A stretch of 62,258 bases of DNA, filler included, from Candidatus Omnitrophota bacterium (GTDB lineage: Bacteria; Omnitrophota; Gorgyraeia; JAGLLT01), in the NCBI GenBank assembly GCA_023140385.1. It is 5 parts of 5 records of this genome, joined end to end, with 100 filler letters (N's around TTAATTAATTAA, not from the genome) between each part and the next. Parts side by side here need not be neighbours in the genome. Positions count along the whole stretch, not along the records: positions 60,253 to 62,258 come from JAGLLT010000054.1; 4 more parts are not named here. One strand, given 5' to 3'. Below the pieces are notes generated by a model. That model saw only the letters and a program-made list of their open reading frames with translations, was not told the origin of the DNA and searched no databases. Shown here piece by piece: positions 60,253 to 62,258 of the stretch. Numbering within the stretch: position 1 is the first letter of the stretch; each line of letters begins with the position of its first letter. A program made the translations under genes and the position numbers.

Positions 60253-62113
60253 TTACCGCTTTAATGAGCTCATTCTGTTCCTTGGGAAGTTTCATATTTT
60301 TTCTATCAACGCCTTCCCCTTCTAATGCGTAGCTTAATCCGACAAACAAAATCGCGGCATCCGCCTTTTTTGCGATTTTAACGGCCGCCTTTTTCATATC
60401 ATCACCGGGAACTACCCAGCCAAACTTCATTACCGACCCGCCGCCACTTTCGTAGTATTCAAGGCGCACGTCGTATTCTTGCCCGGCAGTAAGTTTTATT
60501 TTACCCTTCTTCATCTCAGAACCATGGTCCCCCCAATTGTTAACAATAAGCTTGTCATCAACATATAAACGGCTTCCGTCGTCGCTCAGCAGGCACAATT
60601 CATAATTCCCGCTTTTTGGCGGTATAAGCTTTCCCGTCCATCGCACAGAGAAGTTGTCTTTTCCCAAACTATTTCCCGGAGAGTTTTCTCCCCAATCAAA
60701 ACCAATCTTTTTATCCATCCGTGTAAACACAGGTTCTCCCTTAAAACTTATATTATTAAAGTACTCACCTTTTAAACCATTCATTTTTGAATCATCCGCA
60801 GATTGAAAAGCAGTGGACGGAATTTCGGTAAACTTGCCGGGCATATTGCATCCCTTTGAGTAATGCACTGTTATTTCTCTGCCACATTTGTTTTTTAGTC
60901 CTTTCATAGGACTTACAGAATATGGCGGATCTACCCGTGAACTTCCTCCGCCGCCAACGCGCGCTCGTAAGCTGTTGGGGCCGATAACGGCTATTGTTTT
61001 AATTTTCCCGGAATCTAACGGCAAAACATTGTTTTCATTCTTTAATAAAATTATACCACCCTCGGCAACTTCTCTTGCTAAATCCTGATGTTCTTTGGCA
61101 TTAGCCGCTCCTTTAAGCCGTTTACCTTCACCGTCAAATAGTCCCAGCTTGTATTTTACACGCAAAATCCTTCTTACTTTATCATCTATAACTGACTCTT
61201 TTACCTGATTATTTTTAATCGCTTTAAGAATTTTATTTTTCATAAAATAGTGCCCCGGCCCGGGCATCTCCATATCACATCCTTCATTTGCCGCCTTTAT
61301 TCCATTGTGTATCGCCCACCAGTCAGAAACAACAAACCCCTGAAATCCCCATTCATTTTTAAGTATGTCTATTAACAGATGCGAGTTTTCACAGCAGTAT
61401 GAACCATTTATCTTATTATACGCGGCCATAATAGTGTATGTGTCAGCTTCCTGCACAGCTGCCTTAAAGCCGGGCAGATATATTTCTCTTAAAGCCCTTT
61501 CATCTATTTCAACACTTATGTTCATTCTTTCCCACTCCTGGTTGTTGGCGGCAAAGTGCTTGGTGGATGTACCTATTTTTTCACTTTGGACTCCTTTCAC
61601 ATACGCGGCCGCTATTTTTCCTATTAAGTGCGGATCTTCTCCAAAGCTCTCAAAATTTCTTCCTCCAAGGGGAGTTCTGTGTATATTAATGCAGGGGCCT
61701 AAAATTAAATTTCTTCCCTTAGCCCGCGTTTCTTTGCCCAGAACAACGCCCACCTTTCTTGTCAAATCTTCATCCCAGGTACAACCTAATGTAACAAGCG
61801 TGGGAAAACATGTAGCTTTGCCATACATATCCCGTATACCATGGGGGCCATCCGTCATTAATAAGGCGGGAATTCCAAGACGTCTGTTTGTTTTGCCATC
61901 CATAAAATCCTTGCCGCAAATCTCATCTACTTTTTCTACAAGACTCATTCTGCCGAGTAAGTCCTCAATCCTCTCCTCAATAGGCAGTTCCGGGTTTTTA
62001 TAAACGGGACTGTCGGGCTTTTCCGTCAAAGCAAAGGCGGTAAAAGCCGTAAAGACAATGCAAAAAACAGTAACCAAACCAATAACAACTCCACAGCGTT
62101 TTAACCTGTTCAT
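60253..62113 (-). CDS. secreted GH3 beta-glucosidase with PA14 domain, C-terminus missing
   Basis: Signal peptide, TDGPHG, GRNFESFGEDP, KHFAANNQE, FVVSDW, and PA14 FSVRWTG...SDDGSRL. Confidence 0.92.
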
Positions 62114-62258
62114 TTTCAGTTTCCTCCTTTGATTATAATGAATTTTTTAATATTATAACATCTTTTTGCCAAAAACGCACTTATTAAATAAGATCAATTT
62201 TTTTATAACATCAGTCCCATATTATAGCATCCGAGTACACAAAACCGCCCTTCAACCT

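Overview
This window is five bacterial contig fragments joined by artificial 100-nt linkers (N-run, TTAATTAATTAA, N-run) at 18309-18408, 42703-42802, 46182-46281 and 60153-60252, so adjacency across a linker is meaningless. The organism is a moderately low-GC diderm (LptD, type IV pilus secretin). Its gene set and repeat style suggest a PVC-group/Ca. Omnitrophota-like MAG, which is inference only. Contig 1 is a minus-strand housekeeping run (pilNOPQ-like, rng, rplU-rpmA-obg-proBA-nadD, rsfS-argS, lipB, pcm). Contig 2 holds trkA/trkH, six tRNAs, glmS, accD, two diguanylate cyclases, a ROK kinase, transaldolase, lptD and a nucleotide-sugar cluster. Contig 3 is trpEGDC and contig 5 is a GH3 glycosidase. 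The highlight is contig 4, a nitrogen locus: nadE-glnA-[GAF-ANTAR], then an alternative sigma factor, then a divergent P-II, a putative porin, amtB, glnK and an unannotated, truncated nifH-family gene. Its leaders carry four copies of an AAAGAC-hexaloop hairpin, plus one degenerate copy, each overlapping the 5' arm of an intrinsic terminator. This fits an ANTAR antitermination regulon that includes a sigma factor behind two tandem attenuators. Also notable: short GC-rich palindromes inserted in frame in glmS and glnA, heptamer-repeat hairpins, and a candidate GGA-rich sRNA.
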